Shown: piece after piece, positions 15,599 through 24,931 of the stretch
Layout of the letters: the number at the start of each line of letters is the position of its first letter
How positions within the stretch are numbered: the stretch's first letter is position 1
NCBI GenBank assembly: GCA_041303845.1
Contig: JBFYOK010000128.1
Coordinates: 1-39,876 of the forward strand
Direction: 5' to 3'
Length of the DNA: 39,876 bases
Origin: Microbacteriaceae bacterium
GTDB lineage: Bacteria; Actinomycetota; Actinomycetes; Actinomycetales; Microbacteriaceae
Program-made: the position numbers and the translations under genes
Notes under the pieces: model-generated
Seen by the model: only the letters and a program-made list of their open reading frames with translations
Told to the model about the DNA's origin: nothing
The model's database searches: none

Positions 15599-17020
15599 AT
15601 GTCAACCAAGACAAAGGCAAGCGACTTCACCGCAGGTCGACCCGTCGTCTTTCGCAATGGAACCGTCATCACGGTCGACAAGCAGGGCGTGCTGTACGAC
15701 GCCGATGTGTTGATCATCAATGACGAAATCGCCGGAGTTGGGCACAAGCTCGACGTGCCGGAAGGAACCGTCGAGATTGACGCCAAGGGCGGCATCGTCA
15801 TGCCCGGCATGATCGACACGCACCGCCACATGTGGCAGACGGCGCTTCGCGGCTACGGCGGCGACTGGGCACTGACTCAGTACTTCGTCTTCTACTACCT
15901 GACCTGGGGTCACGTGTTCCGGCCAGAAGACATCAAGGCCGGAAACCTGCTCAGCGCACTCGAGTCGGTCGACCAGGGCATCACGACAACCCTCGACTGG
16001 TCGCACGCTTTGCGTACGCCGGAATACGCGGATGCAGCCGTGGAGTCGTTGAAGGAGATTCCGGGACGCTTCGTTCTCGCTTACGGAAACTACCTCGGAG
16101 CACCGTGGGAGTGGGCAAACGCACCAGAGTTCCGAAGCTGGGTCGACAACTTCAAGACGAGCGACATGCTCGGTCTTCAGCTCGCTTTCGACGTCACCGG
16201 CGCCGAGGGCTTCCCTGAGGAGTCAGCGTTCAAGGCTGCTCGTGACCTCGACCTGCGCGTCACCACGCACGCCGGTGTTTGGGGTGCAACCACCGACACA
16301 AGCATCAGTCAGATGTACGACGGTGGCTGGATGACCGACAAGGTCTGCTACGTGCACGCGTCGTCGCTCGGCAAGGAGAGCTACCAGAAGATCGCCGCCA
16401 CCGGAGGAACCGTTTCGGTTTCCACCGAGAGCGAGCAGAGTGCTGGCCAGGGCTACCCCTCGTCGTGGGAGATCAAGAAGTACGGCATCACGAGCTCACT
16501 GTCGATGGACACGAGCGTCTGGTGGAGCGCGGACTTCTTCTCGGCAATGCGTTCGACGCTCAGTGCGTTCCGTTCGCGTGACCACCTTGAGGCGCAGTCC
16601 AAGGGCGAGACTGTCACGGTCAACCGCATGACGGCAGAAGACGCCGTCTGGCAGGCGACTATGGGTGGCGCTCACTCGCTTGGCATGAGCGACAAGATCG
16701 GCTCGATCACCGTCGGCAAGAAGGCAGACGTCGTGCTGCTCAAGAACGACGAGTCGCCCGCGATGACGCCGATCCTGAACCCCTACGCTCACGTGGTCTA
16801 CCAGGCCGGCACGGCGGATGTTCACACTGTCGTCGTGAACGGAAAGGTCGTCAAGTTCGACGGCGAGCGTATCGGGCTGCCATTGGCGCCGATTCGTGAC
16901 AAGGTCGCCAACTCGGTCGAGTACGTTCGCGGACAGCTCGGGCCAGACCAGTGGAACGAGTGGATGAGCCCAGCGATTCCTGAAGACGAGCCCATCCCGA
17001 ACCCCTACACCTACGGGTAG
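15599..17020 (+). CDS. amidohydrolase-superfamily enzyme (TRZ/ATZ / cytosine-deaminase-like)
   Basis: 473 aa with a GAGGAGG SD. Metal motif PGMIDTHRHMW, with further conserved His/Asp positions (VTTHAG, YVHAS, SMDTS). Confidence 0.8.
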   Translation: MSTKTKASDFTAGRPVVFRNGTVITVDKQGVLYDADVLIINDEIAGVGHKLDVPEGTVEIDAKGGIVMPGMIDTHRHMWQTALRGYGGDWALTQYFVFYYLTWGHVFRPEDIKAGNLLSALESVDQGITTTLDWSHALRTPEYADAAVESLKEIPGRFVLAYGNYLGAPWEWANAPEFRSWVDNFKTSDMLGLQLAFDVTGAEGFPEESAFKAARDLDLRVTTHAGVWGATTDTSISQMYDGGWMTDKVCYVHASSLGKESYQKIAATGGTVSVSTESEQSAGQGYPSSWEIKKYGITSSLSMDTSVWWSADFFSAMRSTLSAFRSRDHLEAQSKGETVTVNRMTAEDAVWQATMGGAHSLGMSDKIGSITVGKKADVVLLKNDESPAMTPILNPYAHVVYQAGTADVHTVVVNGKVVKFDGERIGLPLAPIRDKVANSVEYVRGQLGPDQWNEWMSPAIPEDEPIPNPYTYG

Positions 17021-17113
17021 TAGAGGCACCCCGGCGCATCAGCGCCATCGCGCCGAGGCGCATCCTTTCTTCAACTTCACTGATGAAGAAAAACCAAACA
17101 AGAGAGGTAACAC

Positions 17114-18118
17114 ATGAACAAGAAACTACGGACAGCGTTGTCCCTAGTGGCTGTCACAGCGGTAGCCACACTCGGACTCGCAGGTTGCTCGAGCGACAGC
17201 TCGGGCGGCGACGCACCTCAGATTGCGTACATGTCGTTCGCTGTCACCAACAGCTACGACTCGCCCATGCTGGCTGCCGCTAAGGCCGTTGCAGAAGCGA
17301 ACGGTGCTGTGGTCACAGTATTCGACGCAAACAACGACCCCAACGCTCAGTACCAGCAGTTGCAGGACGTCATCACGTCCGGCAAGTACCAGGGCATCAT
17401 CACTCAGCCAATCTTCGGAACGGGTCTCACCGACCTCGTCTCGCAGGCAATTGAGGCTGGCATCAAGGTTGTCAACATGGACCAGATCCTCGGCCCAGAC
17501 TTGACGACGTTCGAGTCGCAGGTTGAGGGACTGTCGGGCAACGTTGTCTTCGTTCCTACTGAGCTCGGCACCAAGCTCGGCGAGCAGGTCGTTGCTGCGT
17601 GTGAATCGCAGAAGCTCGACCCTTGCAACGTTGGCTACATGTACAACATCAAGGCTTCGGCTCTTGACGTTGCCACGAAGGAAGCCTTCGACGCAGCTAT
17701 TGCTGGTTCCCCAGTCAAGATCGTCGGCGAGGGTGAAGGCTTCTTCACGCCGTCGTTCGCATTGAAGGCTGTTCAGGACATGCTCCAGGCTCAGCCCAAC
17801 ATCAACCTGATCGCAGGTTCTGACCAGAGCATCCAGGGAGCCGTTCAGGCTATCGACGGTGCGGGTCTGACCGGCAAGATCCTCCTGGTTGGCTTCGGCG
17901 GCAGCTCAACGGCTGTCACCGGTGTTGCTAGTGGCGCTTGGTTCGCTGATGTCGCGCAGGCTCCGGCTACGACCGGCAAGCTCGCGATGCAGCAGCTGCT
18001 CGACGCCCTCAAGAACGGCACGGTTACTCCTGGTACCAACCCGCTCGCTGGTCTGCCGAACAACGGTGTCATCACCAAGGACACGGCAAGTCAGTTCACT
18101 GGTGAGTGGATCGGCTAA
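17114..18118 (+). CDS. ABC transporter substrate-binding lipoprotein, periplasmic-binding-protein type I (sugar/ribose-like)
   Basis: 334 aa. Lipobox LGLAGCSS after a signal peptide. Sugar-binding-protein-like alternating pattern. Confidence 0.8.
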   Translation: MNKKLRTALSLVAVTAVATLGLAGCSSDSSGGDAPQIAYMSFAVTNSYDSPMLAAAKAVAEANGAVVTVFDANNDPNAQYQQLQDVITSGKYQGIITQPIFGTGLTDLVSQAIEAGIKVVNMDQILGPDLTTFESQVEGLSGNVVFVPTELGTKLGEQVVAACESQKLDPCNVGYMYNIKASALDVATKEAFDAAIAGSPVKIVGEGEGFFTPSFALKAVQDMLQAQPNINLIAGSDQSIQGAVQAIDGAGLTGKILLVGFGGSSTAVTGVASGAWFADVAQAPATTGKLAMQQLLDALKNGTVTPGTNPLAGLPNNGVITKDTASQFTGEWIG

Positions 18119-19671
18119 CCACAAAAATGCAGGCTAATCAGCCCCAGTCCGGCCTCTCGGAGTTCCACGTGGAACTCCGAGGGGTCGGCAAGGCCTTCGG
18201 CGGCACTCCCGTGCTGAAGGACATCTCTCTCGCAATCCGTCGCGGATCGGTACACGCGCTGGTTGGAGAAAACGGAGCGGGTAAGTCCACGCTCAGCAAG
18301 ATCATTTCGGGTATCTACACGCCCGATAGTGGAGAGGTCGTCGTTGACGGCGAGACCGTCCACCTGCGTCGCACCCGCGACGCTCTCAAGATTGGCATCG
18401 TCACGATTGCCCAAGAGCTTGCGCTTGTTCCGTCGCTGACGGTTGCGCAGAATGTCTTTCTCGGAAACGAGCCGACCAAGGCAGGTTTCACTAACTCGCG
18501 CGCATTGCGCAAAGCCTTCAACGAACTCACTCGCGACGTCGGATTCGAGCTAAACCCGGATGACGTTGCGGGCACCTTGCGAACCGCGGATCAGCAAAAA
18601 GTTGAGATCCTGCGTGCGCTTGCGAGTGGATCATCCTTCATCATCATGGATGAGCCGACCGCCGCACTGTCAGGCAAGGACGTCGCCCGCCTGCATGACC
18701 TCATCCGTTCGCTCGCTGCTTCGGGGTGCACGGTTCTCCTGATTTCGCACTTCTTGACGGAGGTGCTTGACCTCGCAGACGACATCACGATTTTGCGTGA
18801 TGGCGAACTGATTCGCACCGGTCCGGCGAAGAAGGAAACCGAAGACACACTCATCGCAGGCATGCTCGGACGTGAACTCAGCTCGCTGTTCCCCCAGAAG
18901 CCTGCTGAGCCTCAAGAGAGCACGACTCCGGTCTTGTCGGTGCGGGAGATGATCGCACCAGGCGTGAATCGCGTCTCTTTCGACATTCGGCCGGGCGAAA
19001 TCGTCGGGCTCGCCGGACTGGTCGGCGCAGGCCGGTCAGAAATTGCGCAGGCAGTCTTCGGCGCGACAAAGCGCGCCGGGGGAACGGTAACCGTTGACGG
19101 CACCGAGGTCGCTCAAGGTGTTCGCGCCAGCCTGAGCCGAGGAATCTTCATGATTCCCGAGTCGCGCAAAGACCAGGCCTTGTTCCTGCAGCGATCGATT
19201 CGTGAGAACGTCACGATGTCGAATCTCAGCCGATTTGCCCGCGCATTATGGATTTCACGCAAGCAAGAGCAGTCCAGCGTTTCAGACATTCTTGATCGCG
19301 TTACCGTGCGCGGTGGCGACACCCGGCTCGTTTCGGCGCTTTCCGGCGGCAATCAGCAAAAGGTTGTTTTCGGTCGGGCACTCCAATCGTCACGCCGGGT
19401 CATGATTGCTGATGAGCCAACGCGAGGTGTTGATGTGGGATCGCGCCGAGCTATTTACGACCTCATCGTTGAACAAGCTAACGCCGGTACCGGCGTGCTC
19501 GTCATCTCATCGGACGTCGAAGAGGTCATTGGTTTGTGCCATCGCGTTCTCGTCGTTCGTGGTGGGTCTGTCGTCGCACAGTTCACTGGAGACGATATGA
19601 CGGAGACGAACATCATCGGCGCCGCGTTTACTCAAGCTATTCCAACCATCCCCACCCGCTCGGGTAAGTAA
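18106..19671 (+). CDS. sugar-type ABC transporter ATP-binding protein (two fused ABC domains)
   Basis: Walker A motifs GENGAGKST and GLVGAGRSE. Signature-like motifs LSGGNQQK and ADQQKV. The start is either GTG 18106, which overlaps the SBP gene end, or ATG 18127. Confidence 0.85.
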   Translation: MDRLTTKMQANQPQSGLSEFHVELRGVGKAFGGTPVLKDISLAIRRGSVHALVGENGAGKSTLSKIISGIYTPDSGEVVVDGETVHLRRTRDALKIGIVTIAQELALVPSLTVAQNVFLGNEPTKAGFTNSRALRKAFNELTRDVGFELNPDDVAGTLRTADQQKVEILRALASGSSFIIMDEPTAALSGKDVARLHDLIRSLAASGCTVLLISHFLTEVLDLADDITILRDGELIRTGPAKKETEDTLIAGMLGRELSSLFPQKPAEPQESTTPVLSVREMIAPGVNRVSFDIRPGEIVGLAGLVGAGRSEIAQAVFGATKRAGGTVTVDGTEVAQGVRASLSRGIFMIPESRKDQALFLQRSIRENVTMSNLSRFARALWISRKQEQSSVSDILDRVTVRGGDTRLVSALSGGNQQKVVFGRALQSSRRVMIADEPTRGVDVGSRRAIYDLIVEQANAGTGVLVISSDVEEVIGLCHRVLVVRGGSVVAQFTGDDMTETNIIGAAFTQAIPTIPTRSGK

Positions 19672-19683
19672 AGGAACACAAAC

Positions 19684-20670
19684 ATGAACAAGGTTCTGAC
19701 GTCGGTCACTGATGAGGGCTTCGACGCAAAGACAGGATTCCTTCGCAACGTGCGCTGGCGTTCCTTGGCAATCGTGCTCCCGTTCTTGGTGGTGTTCATT
19801 GCTGTCTCAATCGGAAGCCCGTCGTTCCTGACGCCAATCAACTTGCTGAACATCCTCGACCAGCAGTCATCGATTTTGATTATTGCGGCCGCGGGAACAA
19901 TCGTCCTGATCACCGGTGGCATCGACCTATCGGTTGGCGCAACCTACGGACTCGCCGCGGTTGTCTCCGGAACGGTCGCCTTGACGAATGGCCCCGCACT
20001 TGGCCTCATTGCGGGCCTCGTAGTTGGAGGCATTGTTGGTCTCGTGAATGGCGTTGTGAGCACGATATTGAAAATCAATGCCTTGATTGCGACCCTCGCG
20101 ATGTCGTTCATTGCTCTCGGCGTCGCCTCGCTGGTAACCGGCGGAAACCTCATCGTTCTTTTTGAACACCCTGAGTTCGGAGCGATTGCCAAGACGAAGA
20201 TTCTTGGTGTTCAGTCGTCTATCTGGATCATGATTCTCGTCGTTGTCATTCTTGGCCTCGTGCTTGCCCGAACCACTCTCGGTCGCTACTGGTATGCGGC
20301 TGGTGGTAACGCTGAGGCAGCTCGACTCGTGGGTATCCAGGTGTCGTGGGTTCGTATCCTCGCGTTCGTCTTGAGCGGTGTGGCCGCAGGTCTCGGTGGC
20401 GTGATTGACACGTCGCGCGTCCTGAGTTCTCAGGCCAGCCCGGGAACCGCTCTGACTTTCACCGTGCTCGCGGGCATCGTGGTTGGTGGCACATCGATTC
20501 TCGGCGGCGAAGGCGCCATCTGGCGCACCGTCGTTGGCGTGCTCTTCATCGCACTCATCGGTAACGGCTTCAATTTGATGGGTGTGGATGCCCTGTTCCA
20601 GCAGATCACGCTGGGGCTCATCCTGCTTATCGCCGTCGGTATCGACGCCTGGTCACGACAGCGGCGTTAG
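19684..20670 (+). CDS. ABC transporter permease (ribose/xylose-type, about 10 TM)
   Basis: 328 aa with an AAAGGAA SD. Typical motif IDLSVGATYGLAAV. Confidence 0.85.
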   Translation: MNKVLTSVTDEGFDAKTGFLRNVRWRSLAIVLPFLVVFIAVSIGSPSFLTPINLLNILDQQSSILIIAAAGTIVLITGGIDLSVGATYGLAAVVSGTVALTNGPALGLIAGLVVGGIVGLVNGVVSTILKINALIATLAMSFIALGVASLVTGGNLIVLFEHPEFGAIAKTKILGVQSSIWIMILVVVILGLVLARTTLGRYWYAAGGNAEAARLVGIQVSWVRILAFVLSGVAAGLGGVIDTSRVLSSQASPGTALTFTVLAGIVVGGTSILGGEGAIWRTVVGVLFIALIGNGFNLMGVDALFQQITLGLILLIAVGIDAWSRQRR

Positions 20671-21278
20671 TGGTCGATTTCGTCGTGTGGCGTTTGTCCC
20701 CATAGGTACCAGACGCCCGTGACGGGCTCGTCACCGTGGTTCACGTACAGGTGCGGGATCATCGAATCGAAGTGCACCGAATCACCCGGTTGAAGTTGGT
20801 GAGTCTCGTCGCGAATGTAGAGCGTCAATTCGCCCTTGACGATGACGCCATACTCTGAGCCGACATGCTGGAGGCGTTCGGTGTGGGCACCGTGGTCTCC
20901 GGTGTGATGTTCGTAGGTGACGAGGTAACCGCTGACCGACGAAGCACCGGGCGCGTGAGCGAGGCCCTCCCAGGTGACCCCGTCGCCCATGTGCGCGACG
21001 GCATTGTCGTCGGACTTCTGAACGACGACAACGTCACTGCCGATGTGCTCTGGTGCAAGTGTCGCCGCTTGATGCACGCCGAGCACCTCGTCGAGCGACG
21101 CCTCGAGGTGAGTGACGAGTGCATACAACGTGGGAACCGATGGCTGAATGTGCCCGTTTTCAACTTGGGAGAGAAGGCTGGGAGAAACGCCGATGGCCTG
21201 GGCGACGCCCCGGAGGCTCTTGCCGCGATCTTCACGGGCGGCACGCAAGCGGGTTCCGAGGTCAACGCTGTGGGTCAT
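20667..21278 (-). CDS. XRE-family HTH regulator with a C-terminal cupin sensor domain (PuuR-like architecture)
   Basis: 203 aa. HTH SLRGVAQAIGVSPSLLSQVENGH. The C-terminal cupin carries GDSVHFDSMIPHLYVNHGDEP. AAGGAGA SD. Its stop overlaps the convergent permease stop. Confidence 0.85.
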   Translation of the reverse strand: MTHSVDLGTRLRAAREDRGKSLRGVAQAIGVSPSLLSQVENGHIQPSVPTLYALVTHLEASLDEVLGVHQAATLAPEHIGSDVVVVQKSDDNAVAHMGDGVTWEGLAHAPGASSVSGYLVTYEHHTGDHGAHTERLQHVGSEYGVIVKGELTLYIRDETHQLQPGDSVHFDSMIPHLYVNHGDEPVTGVWYLWGQTPHDEIDH

Positions 21279-21321
21279 GACCGTCGAGTCTCCTTAGCTT
21301 TTTGCCTCGCCCCCTAGTTTA

Positions 21322-21331
21322 GGTTGCAACC
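21322..21331. promoter_or_regulatory. perfect 10-bp palindrome GGTTGCAACC upstream of the XRE-cupin regulator gene
   Basis: Self-complementary decamer 44 nt upstream of the regulator start codon, within a 216-bp divergent intergenic region. Confidence 0.35.
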
Positions 21332-21494
21332 AATGGGTCGACGATTCCAAAAACGATAGTTTTGCCTAACCGACTTGCCCCGATGGGTCATCGATGGCTG
21401 TATTCTCTTTCCAGTGTTGCCTGAACCAGAAGGTGTTCAGGGCGATTTGACGGCGCGTGATTTCTGCGCCGGTTCGGTTTAGGAGAGGAAAAAC

Positions 21495-23441
21495 ATGTCC
21501 GAGGAAACCCCCCGCGAATACGGACAGGGAACTTTTGGTGAGAAGAAGATTTCGAAGCGTAAGGTGCCGTTCCGCATCCGCCTGAGTACCTTCTTTGACG
21601 CTGCCTTGGGCAGCACGAGGGGCTTCGCGCTTCTCGGACTCGCGTTCTTGGTCACTTTGGCTCTCGTCATGACAGGTCTTCAGGCGGGCGTTGCGCTCGT
21701 GCAATTCCTGAACGAAGACACGACTGACCCGAACAACTTTGTCAACGCGTTCTGGACGCAGCTCTCCCTCATTTTGACGGTGGGCGATGGTGGCACCTGG
21801 GGCGCTCGCCTCATGGGTGTGCTGAACTGGCTCATCGCAATCTCGATCAGCGCCGGTCTTATCGCGTACATCACCGCGTCGTTCATGGGTGTCTTCCAGC
21901 GACTTGGTCGCGGTCTCAGCCCGGTCTTTGAAACGAAGCACACTCTGATTCTCGGATGGTCACCTCGCGTGTTCCCCATCCTCAAGGAGCTGGCTGTTGC
22001 CAAGTCGAGTGAGCGACGCCCCACGGTCGTCATCTACTCCGACGTGCCTCGCCCACAGATGAACGACGAAATCGCCAACAACTGCGGCGACCTGGGCAAG
22101 CTACGCGTGATCACGCGTCACGGATCGTTGACCAACCCGACTGAAGTCGCTCGCGCGAACGCCGGCGAGGCAAGCTCCATCATCGTTCTTCGCGCGGACG
22201 CGGCGGGCGACGCGAGCGTCGTCACGACTGTTCTCGCGATGCGAGCAACAATCGGCGACGTGCACCCTCCGGTTGTTGCTGAAATTGAGGACGCCCACAT
22301 CGCTCGCACGATCGCAACAGCAACTGATGGACTCGTTCAGTCGGTTCAGTCGCAAGACATCATCGCTCGCGTCACGGCTCAAGCTGCCCGTCAGCCCGGT
22401 CTTGCCTCAGTCGTGCTCGACTTACTCGACTTTGCGGGCAACGAAATTTACGTTGCTGCGGTTCCCGAACTCGAGGGCAAAACCTACGGCGACGCACTCG
22501 TCGCGTTCGAGAAGTCGGCCGTCATCGGTCTCGAGACTGCCGACGGCAAGAGCGTGCTCAACCCAGCTCCGACGCAGAAGATTGCCAAGGGCACCAAGTT
22601 GGTTGTGATTGCCGAGGACGACAGCACCATCGCGTTCACCGGGGTTGCTCATTTCAAGCCGATGTCCAAGACGCCCGCTGCTTCGGCCAAAGCAAAAGCG
22701 CACCACATTCTCGTTATCGGCTGGTCTCAGATGGGCCAGGACGTTCTGTCGAACCTCGCCGACTACCTGCCAACCGGGTCGAGCATCGAGATTCTTGCTC
22801 GCAAGGAGTTCGTCGCACCTGAGGAACTCACTGGTCTGAAGTTTGGCAAGATTACGCCTTCCCTCTCCTTTGTTTCAGGACGCATCGAAGAAGTCGTTAC
22901 CATCGCCGAAAAGCGTCAGTTCGACGAAATCATCGTTCTTGGTTACCGTTCCAAGATGAGCCCCACGGATGCCGATGCTCAGACCCTGCTGACGATGCTC
23001 CAGATGAAGCACATCTTCGATGACAGCTCGAACAAGGCGAAGTCGGCACGCATCGTTGCCGAAATCCTTGACTCGAGCCTGCTGCCACTCGCACGTGCGG
23101 CGTCAACGGATGACCTCGTCGTTAGCGACGTGCTCTCGGCATTGCTCATCTCGCAGCTGAGCCAGAACCCGCGCATCGCATCCGTCATCACCGACCTATT
23201 CGATGCCGACGGCGCCGCGATTCACCTGCTGCCGGTCGAGGACTTCGCACCAAAGGGGACCTCGTTCACCTTCGGTCAGCTCGTTTCTCAGGGTCGTGCT
23301 CAGAAGTTGACGGTCATCGGCTACCGCTTTGCTGAGGAAGCCGCAGCTGAGGCAAGCACGGGCGTGATGCTCAACCCCGACAAGAGTCACACGCTCGTCG
23401 CCAAGCCTGGTGACGGTGTCGTGGTTATCCGTAACTCCTAA
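21495..23441 (+). CDS. CASTOR/POLLUX-like 2TM ion channel with tandem RCK (TrkA-N-like) domains
   Basis: 648 aa with an AGGAGAGG SD. Order is TM1, a pore helix ending in TVGDGG (21777..21794), TM2, then RCK-like Rossmann segments (HTLILGWSPRVFPILKEL and HHILVIGWSQMGQDVLSNL). Confidence 0.75.
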   Translation: MSEETPREYGQGTFGEKKISKRKVPFRIRLSTFFDAALGSTRGFALLGLAFLVTLALVMTGLQAGVALVQFLNEDTTDPNNFVNAFWTQLSLILTVGDGGTWGARLMGVLNWLIAISISAGLIAYITASFMGVFQRLGRGLSPVFETKHTLILGWSPRVFPILKELAVAKSSERRPTVVIYSDVPRPQMNDEIANNCGDLGKLRVITRHGSLTNPTEVARANAGEASSIIVLRADAAGDASVVTTVLAMRATIGDVHPPVVAEIEDAHIARTIATATDGLVQSVQSQDIIARVTAQAARQPGLASVVLDLLDFAGNEIYVAAVPELEGKTYGDALVAFEKSAVIGLETADGKSVLNPAPTQKIAKGTKLVVIAEDDSTIAFTGVAHFKPMSKTPAASAKAKAHHILVIGWSQMGQDVLSNLADYLPTGSSIEILARKEFVAPEELTGLKFGKITPSLSFVSGRIEEVVTIAEKRQFDEIIVLGYRSKMSPTDADAQTLLTMLQMKHIFDDSSNKAKSARIVAEILDSSLLPLARAASTDDLVVSDVLSALLISQLSQNPRIASVITDLFDADGAAIHLLPVEDFAPKGTSFTFGQLVSQGRAQKLTVIGYRFAEEAAAEASTGVMLNPDKSHTLVAKPGDGVVVIRNS

Positions 23442-23476
23442 TTTCGTAACTGAGCGGCGACGGGTACAGTTCATCT

Positions 23477-24919
23477 GTGCGTTCGTCCCTGTTCATTAAC
23501 GGATCGTCTCGATCAACGACCGAGGCGCTGACAGTAGTCAACCCCGCTCGTCCGAATGCGGTCGTCGGGGAGGCTGCCAGCGCTTCGGTCGCTGACGTTG
23601 ATGATGCCATCGCGTCGAGTCGTGCCGCGTGGGCTGGCTGGGCTGGTTTGAGCGCACACCAACGCGCGAGCCTCATGTCGGAGGCCGTCGGCGGGTTGCC
23701 TGACGTGCGAGACGCCGACGCGGAGCTTCTTGCCCAAGAGGTCGGCAAGATTCGCCATGAAGCGTGGGTAGATTTCCTCGTCTTCGAAATCCGCTGGAAT
23801 CTCGCCCTCACGCTTGTCGACGAAGTGGATGCGCAGTCCACGCTTGACCCGGCTCCGGGCATCCCGGTCACGACCACTATCGAGCGCCAGCCGCTCGGGG
23901 TCATCACGATCATCGTTCCGTTCAACTGGCCCGCAGCTATCTTGGCCGCGTCACTCCCGCATGCCCTGTTGGCCGGCAACACCGTTATCGTGAAGCTCCC
24001 GCCGACCGCGCCGCTTGCCGTATCGGCGATGCTGAGCCGCGTTGCCGCCAAACTGCCACCGGGCGTGCTCAACGTCATCACCGGCGAAAACCACAACGTT
24101 GAGGCACTTATCTCGGATGATCGCATTGCCAAGGTGTGCTTTACCGGCAGCGTTGCGGCGGGAAAGACCGTCATGTCGATGGCGGCACAGTCGCTGACCC
24201 GCGTCACGCTCGAACTCGGTGGCAACGATCCAGCGATTGTTCTCTCCGACGCAATCCTTGACGACACACACCTTGATCGATTGTTCGCGGCAGTTTTCGA
24301 TACAACCGGGCAAATCTGCATGAATGTCAAACGCGTGTACGTTCATGAATCGCGCCTGGATGACCTTGTCGAGGGCTTGAGCCGTCGACTCGAGTCCGTT
24401 GTGCTGGGCGACCCGCTCGTCGAATCCACGACGATGGGCCCGGTGCATTCCGCGAAGCACCAAGTCTTTGTCGAACGCTTGGTTCAGCAGGCCAAAGATG
24501 CGAACGCGGATGTTCGGGAGTTCGGGCACCTGCCAGAAGGCGAACTTGCTGCGGGCTATTTTGTTCGACCCGCACTGATCATCAACCCAGGGCCACATCT
24601 TGATGTGGTCGTGGAAGAGCAATTTGGTCCGGTACTGCCGATCATGACTTTCGTTGAAGAAGCTGAGGCCGTGGCATCCGCTAACGATACGTGGGCGGGA
24701 TTGGGTGCGTCCGTGTGGAGCGAATCGGCCAGCTCTGCTTCGCGAGTCGCCTCACAAATGCAGGCTGGTTACGTGTGGATCAATGACCACGGCGCTCCCC
24801 GCCTGGATCTCCGGGCCCCGTTCGGCGGAATGAAGTGGTCAGGTTTTGGTCGCGAACAGGGAATCACGGGAGTGCGAGAGTTTCAAGACACGCGCGCTGT
24901 GGCACGGCCCGCTGAGTAA
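23477..24919 (+). CDS. aldehyde dehydrogenase family protein
   Basis: 480 aa with a GTG start. Motifs LELGGNDPAIV, TGQICMNVKRVYV and PFGGMKWSGFGRE. Confidence 0.85.
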   Translation: MRSSLFINGSSRSTTEALTVVNPARPNAVVGEAASASVADVDDAIASSRAAWAGWAGLSAHQRASLMSEAVGGLPDVRDADAELLAQEVGKIRHEAWVDFLVFEIRWNLALTLVDEVDAQSTLDPAPGIPVTTTIERQPLGVITIIVPFNWPAAILAASLPHALLAGNTVIVKLPPTAPLAVSAMLSRVAAKLPPGVLNVITGENHNVEALISDDRIAKVCFTGSVAAGKTVMSMAAQSLTRVTLELGGNDPAIVLSDAILDDTHLDRLFAAVFDTTGQICMNVKRVYVHESRLDDLVEGLSRRLESVVLGDPLVESTTMGPVHSAKHQVFVERLVQQAKDANADVREFGHLPEGELAAGYFVRPALIINPGPHLDVVVEEQFGPVLPIMTFVEEAEAVASANDTWAGLGASVWSESASSASRVASQMQAGYVWINDHGAPRLDLRAPFGGMKWSGFGREQGITGVREFQDTRAVARPAE

Positions 24920-24931
24920 CCCAGCTCCTGT

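Noticed and set aside
17021-17113. GC-rich repeats GGCGCATC ... GCGCC ... GGCGCATC between the amidohydrolase and binding-protein genes
   Set aside because: These are short 5-bp stems that could form by chance in GC-rich DNA. There is no T-tract and no clear symmetry beyond 5 bp. At most this is a weak intra-operon attenuator.
21330-21494. Possible riboswitch (for example a c-di-AMP or cation-sensing leader) in front of the channel gene
   Set aside because: I see hairpins but cannot recognise the conserved core of any riboswitch class by eye. This needs a covariance-model scan, so it is reported only as a structured leader.
23425-24330. 301-aa minus-strand ORF opposite the aldehyde dehydrogenase at 23477..24919
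   Set aside because: The product is Ser/Ala/Thr/Arg-rich and low-complexity. It is fully contained within a well-supported ALDH gene on the other strand.
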